In this document: piece by piece, positions 28,969 to 38,549 of the stretch
Layout: each line of letters starts with the position of its first letter
Position numbering within the stretch: the first letter of the stretch is position 1
DNA from: Candidatus Altimarinota bacterium
GTDB taxonomy: Bacteria > Patescibacteriota > Gracilibacteria > UBA4473
DNA length: 64,000 nt
Direction of reading: 5' to 3'
NCBI GenBank assembly: GCA_965231215.1
Contig: OZ246423.1
Location: 192,001 to 256,000, forward strand
The notes under the pieces: model-generated
The model's database searches: none
What the model was told of the DNA's origin: nothing
Seen by the model: only the letters and a program-made list of their open reading frames with translations
Made by a program: the position numbers and the translations under genes

Positions 28969-31284
28969 TTATAACAAAAACTTCGCCTCCCTCAACCCAT
29001 CAATTTTTTGTACCACCTGTAGAGAATCAATATCGATTTTACCTACGTATAAATCAGCGATTTCTCCGCCCTTTTGAAGATATTTTTCAATATCACGATT
29101 CCCCATAAAGTAGATTGCATCTTTAGTAAAGGCGCCTTTTGATTCACTATCGGCATACCCTCTTTTGGCCTTGAGGCACAATTTCCAAGCCAGGTCATCA
29201 CTTACATTAAAGGTGCTTTTTAGATAGTGGAATAAGTCGTGAAACCCCATTCGATTAGCCAAATAAATTGTAATAATTTGATAGGCAGGGGTGAGGAATT
29301 TTTCTCCAAGGTCTAACCCTAATTGATTTTGATTCCAGACAGCTAATCCTTCTTCAGTTCGAAGATAGTTAGCGGTTCCTCGTTCTAAAATTCGAAAAGG
29401 CTGCAGCTTTCCATTTTCATATCGGAACACATGTGTCCCGATCTCATGCACCAACAACGCATGCAATCTATTTCTTCTAAACTTAGCTCCTTTTTTTAGG
29501 AGTATCGCATCTCTTTTGGTTACCTGAATATCAGCTACAGATTCATCCAAAATTTTGATCTGCCAATGCCCAAGCCCATACTCTTTCAAAAAGTTATTCA
29601 AGATTTCTAAAGATTTTTTAAAATCAAGTTCTTCACTTTCATCAGCCTTAATTTTGCGTTCATGGTCTCTAATAAATTTTTGAGCCTCTTGATAAATATG
29701 TCGTGTAACTTTACCGAAGACTCTTTCTGAAAACAGTGCATACTCTGAACTTCCACGCGCCTCTAGCATTGACAGCCTATCCTCTAATTCTTGAATTTTT
29801 TTCTGAAACAGGGGGAATAATTCATGATTTACCTCTGGTAGTTTTTTGAGATCATTCCGCATAGCCGGAATATCTAGATTAATATCTTTATAGGTAAACC
29901 GAGGTGAAAATTCTGGACTCGCCAAAAATATTTCTTTTTGTTCTCTCAGATTCCGTGGATTGATAAATGACAGTAACTTTATCTGTGTATCAATCTCGGC
30001 AATTTTTAAATCAATATTTTTGAGCATACGTTCATCTACAGAATGAGTAGAAATCTCGGCAAGATTTTCTTTTTCAAACTTTTTATTTGGGTCAATATAA
30101 AAATCACTCAAAAACTTACCAGCCAGGATGAGGTCAGCGTCTTTTAAATCCTTGTGACTTTTCTCTACTGGAAGTTTCAATCTTTTGCCGTGAAGTGTAA
30201 TATCTAAAACTTTATTTTTTTCATCATAATACTCCTTAGCAATAAAATTTTTTTCAGCATTAAGCGCTACACGAGCCACTAAACTTTGTGGTGGATCAGA
30301 ATTCAAAAGTACATTCTCATAGATACCCACAATAGGTTTTGGGATGAAGTGTTCTTCATACACAGATTTTTCAGCAAAAAGAGTTTTCGCTACATCCACC
30401 CCTTCTTCTGGGGTAAGGACTTTTAGATCTACTACTTTATCCAGCCTTTTTTTAAGCGGGACTCTATTGGCCACTTGAATTTTAAGTCCCGGACGAGCAT
30501 TAAGTTCCAATATCTTAACTCCGGTATTAGTAACCACTAAATCTACTCCCAAAAACCCAATTTTGGTAACTGACTGAGACTTAGCTACCGCATGCAAAAT
30601 CTCATCCCAATAAGGCACTTTAAATCCCGCAGCTTTTTCTCCGTTAGGAAGTCTGGTAATGAATTTAGATTTCTTAGCCGCCCCTGTAGTAATGCCCGAA
30701 CCAATATCTACTCCCATAGCAATTGCGCCAAGCTCCATATTGGCTTTGCCCTCAGATTCTACCGTTGGAACTCGTAGCATAGCCATCACTGGCACCATAT
30801 TAAATACGATTACCCGAACATCTGGAAGGCCTGTTTGAGTCAACAATCTGAAGTCAGGATGTGGATCTAATTTTTCCTCAAAAATGATATAATCATAAGT
30901 CCCTGAAATGGAATATTTCCCTTCTAAAATGTCAATGCAGTGCAGATATAAATGTTCTTGATCATATTTTTTACCAGAAACCGTCACCCAATTTTTCCCT
31001 TTACGCTTATCAATCACCAAAATCCCGCCTCCCGCAAAACCTCTGTTAGGTTTAATTACAAAAGATTCTGGTAACCCTTCAAAAAATTCATTCGTTAACT
31101 GACGTTGGTTTTTTACGGTATGAAAAAGTCTAGCCGCTCCAATCCCTCGGGATTCTAAAAACTGCTTGGTAAAAATTTTATCATCAGCAAATTTTTTATT
31201 ACTACTCGAGTTATACCGCGAAATATAGAGTAAATTTCGCGCATTCATTCCCAAAATGCCAGAGGTATCGTTAGTAAACAACAT
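28969..31284 (-). CDS. alpha-L-glutamate ligase-like ATP-grasp fused to an inactive retropepsin-like domain and a DUF1704/MATCAP-type metallocarboxypeptidase
   Basis: GMNARN, ADDK..TK, FVIKPNRG..GGGI, GLPDVRVIV, AMLRVPT..S.GKAN, LELNARPGL.IQ.AN; IVGIYE..ARVALNA..GKFLSDFYIDP; HEIGTH, TEEGLA, KRG, FTKDAIY, LYVGKI. Confidence 0.85.
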   Translation of the reverse strand: MLFTNDTSGILGMNARNLLYISRYNSSSNKKFADDKIFTKQFLESRGIGAARLFHTVKNQRQLTNEFFEGLPESFVIKPNRGFAGGGILVIDKRKGKNWVTVSGKKYDQEHLYLHCIDILEGKYSISGTYDYIIFEEKLDPHPDFRLLTQTGLPDVRVIVFNMVPVMAMLRVPTVESEGKANMELGAIAMGVDIGSGITTGAAKKSKFITRLPNGEKAAGFKVPYWDEILHAVAKSQSVTKIGFLGVDLVVTNTGVKILELNARPGLKIQVANRVPLKKRLDKVVDLKVLTPEEGVDVAKTLFAEKSVYEEHFIPKPIVGIYENVLLNSDPPQSLVARVALNAEKNFIAKEYYDEKNKVLDITLHGKRLKLPVEKSHKDLKDADLILAGKFLSDFYIDPNKKFEKENLAEISTHSVDERMLKNIDLKIAEIDTQIKLLSFINPRNLREQKEIFLASPEFSPRFTYKDINLDIPAMRNDLKKLPEVNHELFPLFQKKIQELEDRLSMLEARGSSEYALFSERVFGKVTRHIYQEAQKFIRDHERKIKADESEELDFKKSLEILNNFLKEYGLGHWQIKILDESVADIQVTKRDAILLKKGAKFRRNRLHALLVHEIGTHVFRYENGKLQPFRILERGTANYLRTEEGLAVWNQNQLGLDLGEKFLTPAYQIITIYLANRMGFHDLFHYLKSTFNVSDDLAWKLCLKAKRGYADSESKGAFTKDAIYFMGNRDIEKYLQKGGEIADLYVGKIDIDSLQVVQKIDGLREAKFLL

Positions 31285-31286
31285 AA

Positions 31287-32843
31287 TTATTCTTGGCTAT
31301 CTTCGTTAAGTAAGCTTCTAAATTTAATATATTCTGAGACCCGTAGCCCTGTAAATCTCCCCAGCCAAACAGTGCCTAAGATGGGAAGAAGAATTAGCTC
31401 AGGCGTCGCCAACACGTTATCTTTCACTACTTCCCACGTTACAAACATAAACGCTACAAACGCTACAAATACCGTTTCTACTGCAGAAACAATCGCGTTT
31501 CGCATCCCTTCACTTGATTGAGATGAAAGAAATTTTTCTGAAAAAGTCGACATCACCATCATCGGAAAAATTGTCAGTGAAAGATCCATCGAAGTTCCAA
31601 AATAAACCGCTAATCCCAACACTACAAAAAAGGAAAGGGCCAAACAGCTAAGCAACAAGGAAACCTTTGGAATGTAGAGAAGCTCTACCCTATCAAACAG
31701 CAATCTAATCGCATAGCTCACCAACATTACCACTCCAAACACCATCAACCCAAATTGAAGTCCCAGTACTAAAAACGCCAACGCCAACATTAAAGGCGCC
31801 AAAACTCCAAAAGTAGAAACCCCAATAAACTGACGGAAAAACGCAATAATGAAGGCCAAAAAAGGCACCGAAAGCAAGATATAAATCACCGTTTGTGATA
31901 ACCCATTAGAAGAGAAAAAATTCATTAATCGACTGAAGGGAAGCAACCAACTAATTCGACTTCTTGAATCTACTCTTTGATTTTCAATCCCTCGAAGGTT
32001 TAATTGATTCAGCATAATGCCAATATTTTCTTCTGAAAAGATAGGAATCATTGCCTCCGGACGAGTTAGCAGTATAAAATTTGGCTGCAAAATTCCAAAA
32101 GCTGGTTGGGTTAATTTATCAATTTTATCCAAGCTATCTTGCGTGATCTCTACAATCAATTTGTCTCTCAAATCAAACTTTATATCTGGTGAAAGCAGTT
32201 TCCAAAACTGACTAAATGACTGAATCCCTCGGGTTGAGTTTGTATAAAAAATAATGCTAGAAGCCTCTTGAAGCTGATCAAAATTTTCTTGGAATTTACG
32301 GATAAAATCATCCTCTACAGATAAATCACTCGACTCCCCAGACACCATAATTTTTTGAAGTAAAATCCCTTTTTCAGCCGCCTCTTTTTCAATCTCAGTA
32401 AGAGACTCCCCCAGACCATCTGTAATCAAAACTATCTTACGAGTATAAACCAAAATTCGCTTAGCAATAGTGGCTCGTTTTTTCCCCTGAGTCACGACCA
32501 ATTCCACCTTATAGGAACCTGGTTGGGCAAAGACATGCTTGACCTTTTCTCCACGAGCTTTTTCTAAATCTCCAAAGTCCCAGTAATAATTAGGTGTTCC
32601 AAAGTTAGAAAGTGAGACAATTTTAGAACTCGTCGCATCAAACAAAATTTCTTGCCCCAACTCAATACTGTCTGGAGTCGTAATTATGGGGTCTATATCC
32701 CCTTCATCCAAATTTTCCATATTGGCTTCTAACACACTTTCATCTACTACAAATTCAGCATCTGCAACTTCCGCTTCTTGAGCCAAAGCTAAGCCATATA
32801 ATTGCCATAACAAAACCGTTAAAATAAATAATCTCTGCATCAC
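31287..32843 (-). CDS. signal peptide + PKD domain + 7TM (7TM_transglut-like) membrane protein
   Basis: FDATSS..YYWDFGD..HVFAQPGSYKVELVV (PKD); FRQFIGVSTFGVLAP, LLYIPKV, IFPMMVMS.FSEK, LGRFTGLRVSEYIKF (7TM). Confidence 0.85.
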   Translation of the reverse strand: MMQRLFILTVLLWQLYGLALAQEAEVADAEFVVDESVLEANMENLDEGDIDPIITTPDSIELGQEILFDATSSKIVSLSNFGTPNYYWDFGDLEKARGEKVKHVFAQPGSYKVELVVTQGKKRATIAKRILVYTRKIVLITDGLGESLTEIEKEAAEKGILLQKIMVSGESSDLSVEDDFIRKFQENFDQLQEASSIIFYTNSTRGIQSFSQFWKLLSPDIKFDLRDKLIVEITQDSLDKIDKLTQPAFGILQPNFILLTRPEAMIPIFSEENIGIMLNQLNLRGIENQRVDSRSRISWLLPFSRLMNFFSSNGLSQTVIYILLSVPFLAFIIAFFRQFIGVSTFGVLAPLMLALAFLVLGLQFGLMVFGVVMLVSYAIRLLFDRVELLYIPKVSLLLSCLALSFFVVLGLAVYFGTSMDLSLTIFPMMVMSTFSEKFLSSQSSEGMRNAIVSAVETVFVAFVAFMFVTWEVVKDNVLATPELILLPILGTVWLGRFTGLRVSEYIKFRSLLNEDSQE

Positions 32844-32941
32844 GTTTATGGTATAAAAGTATTTATAATTTTCAATTGTGAATTTGCAATTTAAGTGGTC
32901 TCAATTAATACTTATATCTAGTTCTCCACACTTAAAAAAAT

Positions 32942-33379
32942 ATGCAGGTACAGATTTACAGAATTGATAAAGATCTTGAATGCCCAAAATATGAGACTGA
33001 TGGCAGCTTTGGATTTGATTTTACGGCAAGAGAAGAAACCACTATTCCACCACAAGAAGTAGGATTTATTCCCAGCAATACCATCATCAAATGCCCAAAA
33101 AATCTAGCGCTACTGATCCTCCCACGCAGCTCTACTTACAGAAAAAAGGGACTAATGTTTCCCCATTCTATTGGGCTTATTGATCAAGACTACTGTGGCC
33201 CAGAAGATGAAATTTTGATCCAGGTTATCAACTTTGGGAAAGCCCCCATCATCATCAAAAGAGGTGAGCGCATCGCCCAAGGGCTTTTTGTACAAACACA
33301 AAATGTCGAGTTTATTGAGGTAGAAAAAGAATTTCTAGGAAAAAACTCACGTGGAGGATTTGGATCTACAGGACATTAA
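32942..33379 (+). CDS. dut: dUTP diphosphatase
   Basis: GSFGFD, PRSS, GLIDQDYCG, GERIAQ, RGGFGSTG. Confidence 0.95.
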   Translation: MQVQIYRIDKDLECPKYETDGSFGFDFTAREETTIPPQEVGFIPSNTIIKCPKNLALLILPRSSTYRKKGLMFPHSIGLIDQDYCGPEDEILIQVINFGKAPIIIKRGERIAQGLFVQTQNVEFIEVEKEFLGKNSRGGFGSTGH

Positions 33380-33380
33380 T

Positions 33381-34298
33381 ATGACCTCAAAAAATAACCT
33401 TATCAGTGTTGCCCAAAAGTTCCTTGAAAAAGAAGACCTCAAGGATCAGAAAATTTTGTTAATGGTTTCGGGGGGGGTGGATTCAGTGGTTATGTTAGAA
33501 GTATTTTCACAGATTTTAGATCCAAAATTATTAGCGGTGTTTCACCTAAATCATAACCTCAGAGTCGAATCGGAAGAAGATTCAAAATTTGTACAAAAAA
33601 TTTGTTCAAAAAAGAAAATAAAATTCTATACTCAGACCCTTAAAAAAGAATCACACCTCCAAAATCAAGAAAATAATTGGCGGAAATTAAGACAAAAATT
33701 TTCATCCCAATTCGCTAAAGAGTTTGGGAGCCAGCGAATACTTACCTCGCACCATGCAACCGATTTAGTCGAGACTATGATTTTCCGTTTGACCAAAGGG
33801 AGTGGGCCTTCTGGACTTTCTCCTTTTGATATTTCAACCAAACCATTTTGGAAAATCCCAAAAACTGAAATCATTGATTTTGCTGAAAAAAACAAACTTG
33901 AATGGCGTGAAGATTACACAAATTTGAACACAAATTTTGAACGAAACTTAATACGGTTAAAAGTACTCCCACATCTTCAAAAAATCACTCCAAATCTAGA
34001 AAAAGTTTTTATCAGAGAAGCTCAAAATTTTGGAGAAATTGATAACTTTCTAGATGAAACAGTTGCCCCTTTGATCCATAAAAAAAGTATAGCTCTAAAA
34101 GATTTTTTATTACTCCATCCAGCCCTGCAAAAAGTATTACTCCATAAAATTGCGGATACTGCCGTGAGTAGCTCTGAAGTTGAAGACTGCCTAAAATGGC
34201 TTAAAAATCAACCACGTGGAAATTCTCAGAAACCACTGGGGCTGAAGCAACTCCATATACAAAACCATCAGCTCTTTTGGGAGAAGTCTCTGTCGTAA
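33381..34298 (+). CDS. tilS: tRNA(Ile)-lysidine synthetase (short form)
   Basis: SGGVDS PP-loop, HLNHNLR, HHATDLVET, WRED.TN....ERN.IRL.VLP. Confidence 0.92.
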   Translation: MTSKNNLISVAQKFLEKEDLKDQKILLMVSGGVDSVVMLEVFSQILDPKLLAVFHLNHNLRVESEEDSKFVQKICSKKKIKFYTQTLKKESHLQNQENNWRKLRQKFSSQFAKEFGSQRILTSHHATDLVETMIFRLTKGSGPSGLSPFDISTKPFWKIPKTEIIDFAEKNKLEWREDYTNLNTNFERNLIRLKVLPHLQKITPNLEKVFIREAQNFGEIDNFLDETVAPLIHKKSIALKDFLLLHPALQKVLLHKIADTAVSSSEVEDCLKWLKNQPRGNSQKPLGLKQLHIQNHQLFWEKSLS

Positions 34299-34325
34299 TT
34301 CTAGTTCGTCCTTTGCTCTTCCCAT

Positions 34326-36002
34326 TTACTTTAACCAATCACTGACTTTTTCAAAGTACGCTTCCTCAAAATAGTCTTTCATCCCCTGCTTAGTCACCCA
34401 TTTGTATTCAATGATTTCTTCATTATCTACTTCAACGTTGCCTTCAATATACTCGGCATAAAAGAAAGAAACTTTAGCCCCAACAATACCTTCATCATGT
34501 CTATCAAAATCAAACGGGAAGAAATATTTGTAGTCCCCTACAGGTTTCTCTCCTTTAAATTTTATAACCAAATCAGATCCACATTCTTCTCTTAGTTCTC
34601 TTTTAGCGGCTTGAAGCCAAGCTTCTTCCGCCTCTACTCCGCCTTGTGGAAATTGCCAGGCATGGGCTTTTCGAGGTTTTTTAACAATAAGATATTTGTC
34701 CCTACCACACTTGATCCCCACTCGATGTACAATCACTGAACTAACGGGCCTTAACTGGCCTTCCCAGTCAGCTAACTCCAACCAAAAATCAGGCCAAGTT
34801 TTGGCTACGCAGTGAGGGTCGGTTATCTGAAAATTTAACGGTTGAGTCGATCTTAAAATCCCAAAACACATTGCAATTCTATGATCATCAAAACTATCAA
34901 TAACCATCTCTGCTCCGCCCTTGATTTCATCACCTCCAACAATAGTTACCTCATCCCCAAACGTATTTAAATTGACACCAAACGCTCTGAGTTGTTCCAT
35001 CGCTACAATCCGGTCACACTCTTTTACTCGCAAACTTTCAAGGCCTGTAAACTTAGAGGTTCCCTTAGCTACACTCGCCAATACCATGCCCGTCATACTC
35101 ACATCTGGCATAGCCGACCAATCAAAATCCCCTATTGGGGCAATGATTTTAGGCGGTTTTAGGAGCACTTTTTCCCCTGAGCGTGTGATCTTAGCACCAC
35201 ATTTTTTAATAATTTCTAAAAATCCTTCATCTCCTTGAAAAGTGTGAGATCCAAAATTTTCAATACAAATAGATTCACCACTCAAAACCGACCAAGCTAA
35301 AGGATAAGAGGCTGAACTCATATCAGCTGGAACTTGAAATTCTGATGGCGCCTCAAATCCAGGGCTGATTTTATACTCTAGCCAATCATCACTCACTTGA
35401 ATATTCACCCCCCAAAGTCTAAGCAGATCAACCGTCATTTGCACATACGGCAGACTGGGGATACTATCGATAATAGTGATATTTAAACCATTTTTAAGTC
35501 TTGGAGCTACCAAAAGTAAGCCGCTTAAAAATTGGGAAGAAATTCTTCCAGAAATTTTAACCTCTGTCCCAATATTCCCAGAAGCCCTCAATTGAGCTGG
35601 CAAATATCCAGTATTTTTCTGATATTCAATGCTCACCCCTAAAGCCTCTAGAGCCTGCATAAGATCTTCTTGTGGACGTGCTTGCATTCGTTCAATTCCC
35701 GTCAACACATAAGCTCCTTCTATAACCAAAGACAACGCCGAAAGGAAACGCGCTGCTGTTCCCGCATTCCCAATAAAAATTTCTTGCCCATTGGCTTTTA
35801 GTACTGGAGGGGGCGTCACTTTTACGGCTGTTTGTGAAATTTCTTCAATCTTTACCCCAAAACTTCGGAGCGCTTCACGCATATACTGTGAATCATCTGA
35901 ATCCAAAATATTTTTAAGCACCACTGGCCTATCTGAAATGCCAGCTAAAACTAACATACGATTAGTAATAGACTTACTCCCTGGCACATAAACTTTTTTC
36001 AT
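34326..36002 (-). CDS. aroA: EPSP synthase fused to a C-terminal Nudix hydrolase
   Basis: PGSKSITNR, GNAGTAARF, SSQFLSGLL, RVKECDRI, DDHRIAM, VAKTWPDFW; then WQFPQGGVEAEEAWLQAAKRELREECG (Nudix box). Confidence 0.92.
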   Translation of the reverse strand: MKKVYVPGSKSITNRMLVLAGISDRPVVLKNILDSDDSQYMREALRSFGVKIEEISQTAVKVTPPPVLKANGQEIFIGNAGTAARFLSALSLVIEGAYVLTGIERMQARPQEDLMQALEALGVSIEYQKNTGYLPAQLRASGNIGTEVKISGRISSQFLSGLLLVAPRLKNGLNITIIDSIPSLPYVQMTVDLLRLWGVNIQVSDDWLEYKISPGFEAPSEFQVPADMSSASYPLAWSVLSGESICIENFGSHTFQGDEGFLEIIKKCGAKITRSGEKVLLKPPKIIAPIGDFDWSAMPDVSMTGMVLASVAKGTSKFTGLESLRVKECDRIVAMEQLRAFGVNLNTFGDEVTIVGGDEIKGGAEMVIDSFDDHRIAMCFGILRSTQPLNFQITDPHCVAKTWPDFWLELADWEGQLRPVSSVIVHRVGIKCGRDKYLIVKKPRKAHAWQFPQGGVEAEEAWLQAAKRELREECGSDLVIKFKGEKPVGDYKYFFPFDFDRHDEGIVGAKVSFFYAEYIEGNVEVDNEEIIEYKWVTKQGMKDYFEEAYFEKVSDWLK

Positions 36003-36187
36003 GTGTACCTAAAATACAAAGTCTAGGAGATTAATCAAAGGAAGCCCCTTATTAAAATCATCCTTTCTAGAATTTTCTTGGAGAAATAGAAGCAAACATT
36101 CAATAAAGTTTTTGCACTACCAGCCAAATTTTGACCAATTACATAAAGCCATTGATTCTTCCCTTCCGATATCCGATAATTACATCG

Positions 36188-36895
36188 ATGCGTTTTGATA
36201 TTCTCACCCTTTTTCCTGAAGCCTTTAAAAGTTTTACCTCTACCTCAATCATTGGTCGAGCCATTGAATCAGGCCTAATAGAAATAAATCTTTTTGATAT
36301 TAGAGATTTCACTGAAGATAAACATAAAAAAGTAGATGATATTCCTTATGGAGGCGGAGCGGGAATGGTCATGATGTGCCAACCACTTTTTGATAGCATA
36401 AATCATGTAAAAGAACTCCTAGATGATCAAGCTCCAGTGATTTTCTTTACGCCTAGTGAAACCGTGCTTAATCAAGCAATAGCTGAGTCATATGTTCAAA
36501 ACACAAACAAAGTTTCCCGGGTGATTCTGCTCTGTGGACACTATGAAGGAATTGACCAAAGAATAAGAGACCACCTAGTGGATCAAGAAATCTCAGTGGG
36601 CAATTTCGTCTTAACCGGTGGTGAACTTCCGGCTCAAGTATTTATCGATAGTATCGCTCGGCTCATCCCAGGAGTCATAGGCAAAGAAGAAAGTCATCAG
36701 GAAGAAAGTTTTTCTGATGTTTTAGGCAGAGATGTGATAGAATACCCCCACTTCACCAGACCAGAAACCTTTAATGGCTGGTCTGTCCCTGAAGTCTTAC
36801 TCTCTGGTCATCATGCGAATATAGAAAATTGGCGAAAAGAGCAATGTGACCAGATTGACCGAACAAAGGCGGAGAGCGACAGCGCGCCTGAGTGA
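36188..36895 (+). CDS. trmD: tRNA (guanine-37-N1) methyltransferase
   Basis: MRFDILTLFPE, VDDIPYGGGAGMVM, CGHYEGIDQR, SVGNFVLTGGE, EYPHFTRP, VPEVLLSGHH. Confidence 0.97.
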   Translation: MRFDILTLFPEAFKSFTSTSIIGRAIESGLIEINLFDIRDFTEDKHKKVDDIPYGGGAGMVMMCQPLFDSINHVKELLDDQAPVIFFTPSETVLNQAIAESYVQNTNKVSRVILLCGHYEGIDQRIRDHLVDQEISVGNFVLTGGELPAQVFIDSIARLIPGVIGKEESHQEESFSDVLGRDVIEYPHFTRPETFNGWSVPEVLLSGHHANIENWRKEQCDQIDRTKAESDSAPE

Positions 36896-37170
36896 GGAGA
36901 GGCGGAATTGACAAAGTAAGCGTAGTTTCTTGCCAAAGAAACAAAGCGCACGAAGTCAATGACAACGACGGTCATCATGCGAATATAGAAAACTGGCGAA
37001 AAGAGCAATGTGACCAGATTGACCGAACAAAGGCGGAGAGCGACAGCGCGCCTGAGTGAGGAGAGGCGGAATTGACAAAGTAAGCGTAGTTTCTTACCAA
37101 AGAAACAAAGCGCACGAAGTCAATGACAACGACGGTCATCATGCGAATATAGAAAACTGGCGAAAAGAGC
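36806..37170 (+). repeat. 164-bp tandem repeat (2.2 units): 37-bp trmD segment x3 separated by a 127-bp structured element x2 (family C)
   Basis: GGTCATCATGCGAATATAGAAAA(T/C)TGGCGAAAAGAGC at 36806, 36970 and 37134; the two intervening segments differ by one base. Confidence 0.95.
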
Positions 37171-37244
37171 CTCCAAACCTAGTAAAAAAAATTGAAAAAA
37201 AACTTAAAATAAGGTATAATTACTGGAAATAAACATAAAACTAT

Positions 37245-38048
37245 ATGGATACCCAAGAGGAAAAAAGATATCTAAACCAAACCACACTTTCACGAGTATT
37301 CTTACGGTTTGGACTAGGCTTCGGAGCTGGGGGGGTAGGCACCATTGTTTTAGGTATTGTGTTGCTGTTTACTTGGTCCATTGTTGGAGATGTACTGATG
37401 CCAACTTCGTACCAAATACAAAATGAATTTGGAGAAACCCTCTCACACAAAGAGCAAACTCATCCATTGTTCTTGAGTATCGTTGTCTTAGCCGTATTTC
37501 TAGCGACCTTAGTCTCAAACCTCTTTTACTGTACTATAAGCTCTACCGTAGAGGAAAAATATAAATCTACCACAACAAATCTAACCCAGGTATTTCTTGG
37601 GAATGTCGTTATATTAGTACTTTTTATTGTTGTATACCTTATTGCCAGCAGCAAATACGGAGCTCTAGGCGTTGCCTTAACCGCCCTTGCTCACGCTGTA
37701 ATGACTACTATATTTACTTTTATGTCGCTCGAAATTCTAAGTACCCGAGCCTATTTGCTGGTGAGTCTTTATGGCTCTATGCTCGGGATAGCTTTGTTTT
37801 TGATGTGTCTTAATTTCATAGGAGGCGGCAATCCAACGATCCTTACTTTCCTCACCCTCCCGATACTCATGAGTATGGTTGCTGGTGGAAGCGGGATTGT
37901 ACAAATGTTCTACAGCTGGCTACAAGAAAATTATAACAATGATTTTCTCCATACCGACAAACGATTTGGAACTGATTACGGAAGAGAAGAAAACATTGAT
38001 GAAATTGACATCTTAGACTTTGATGAAGACGGCGCCTTAGAAGATTAA
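37245..38048 (+). CDS. hypothetical integral membrane protein
   Basis: About 6 TM helices and an acidic C-terminal tail; TTGAAA..TATAAT promoter upstream. Confidence 0.8.
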   Translation: MDTQEEKRYLNQTTLSRVFLRFGLGFGAGGVGTIVLGIVLLFTWSIVGDVLMPTSYQIQNEFGETLSHKEQTHPLFLSIVVLAVFLATLVSNLFYCTISSTVEEKYKSTTTNLTQVFLGNVVILVLFIVVYLIASSKYGALGVALTALAHAVMTTIFTFMSLEILSTRAYLLVSLYGSMLGIALFLMCLNFIGGGNPTILTFLTLPILMSMVAGGSGIVQMFYSWLQENYNNDFLHTDKRFGTDYGREENIDEIDILDFDEDGALED

Positions 38049-38362
38049 TTTGCTTCTAGCACTTCTTCTCCTTCACTTTCTATAACCTCTTCCTCGGGTT
38101 TTTGAAGACATTCTACATTTATGAGGGTGACTCTTTTTTGATCAATAAAAGCATCAAAGGCTTCACAAATTTGAGCTCTATCAATAATACTATTAATGGT
38201 ATCAAACTGAGCTTTTTCATATCCAGTTTTAAAACTAAACTTTAGGCCCTCGTTCCATAAATCATGCACAATATAAACACTCGAAAGCACTACCCAAACA
38301 AAAATGAGGATCGTTCCGATACTTTTAACTTTAGAATTTTCACTTTTTTTGGCCTTTTTCAT
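38045..38362 (-). CDS. hypothetical single-TM protein
   Basis: N-terminal basic stretch plus TM helix; Cys pair. Confidence 0.7.
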   Translation of the reverse strand: MKKAKKSENSKVKSIGTILIFVWVVLSSVYIVHDLWNEGLKFSFKTGYEKAQFDTINSIIDRAQICEAFDAFIDQKRVTLINVECLQKPEEEVIESEGEEVLEAN

Positions 38363-38549
38363 CAGTAAAGAGCGGTTAATTTTCTATATTATTAACCGCT
38401 CAAAAAAAATCGACAATCAAAAATTTAAAAAACAATGTCACAGATTTAGCATTTAGGTCGTCACATTTTTTGTAAAAAAAACTTTGCACCTAAACTTTAA
38501 GTCCAATAGACTTTAGGCTGAATCAATTTATTACTTATTTTGTTTACCC

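Noticed and set aside
34695-34730. GTAG-type REP remnant (GTAGGGACA on the minus strand) in the Nudix domain
   Set aside because: No complementary arm, so probably chance.
36806-37170. CRISPR array (37-bp repeat x3)
   Set aside because: The spacers are 127 bp and nearly identical, the repeat is trmD coding sequence, and no cas genes are in the window.
38370-38401. 11-bp hairpin GAGCGGTTAAT/ATTAACCGCTC upstream of the 38362 gene as a riboswitch
   Set aside because: A single hairpin with no aptamer features; it could be an operator or terminator but this cannot be decided.
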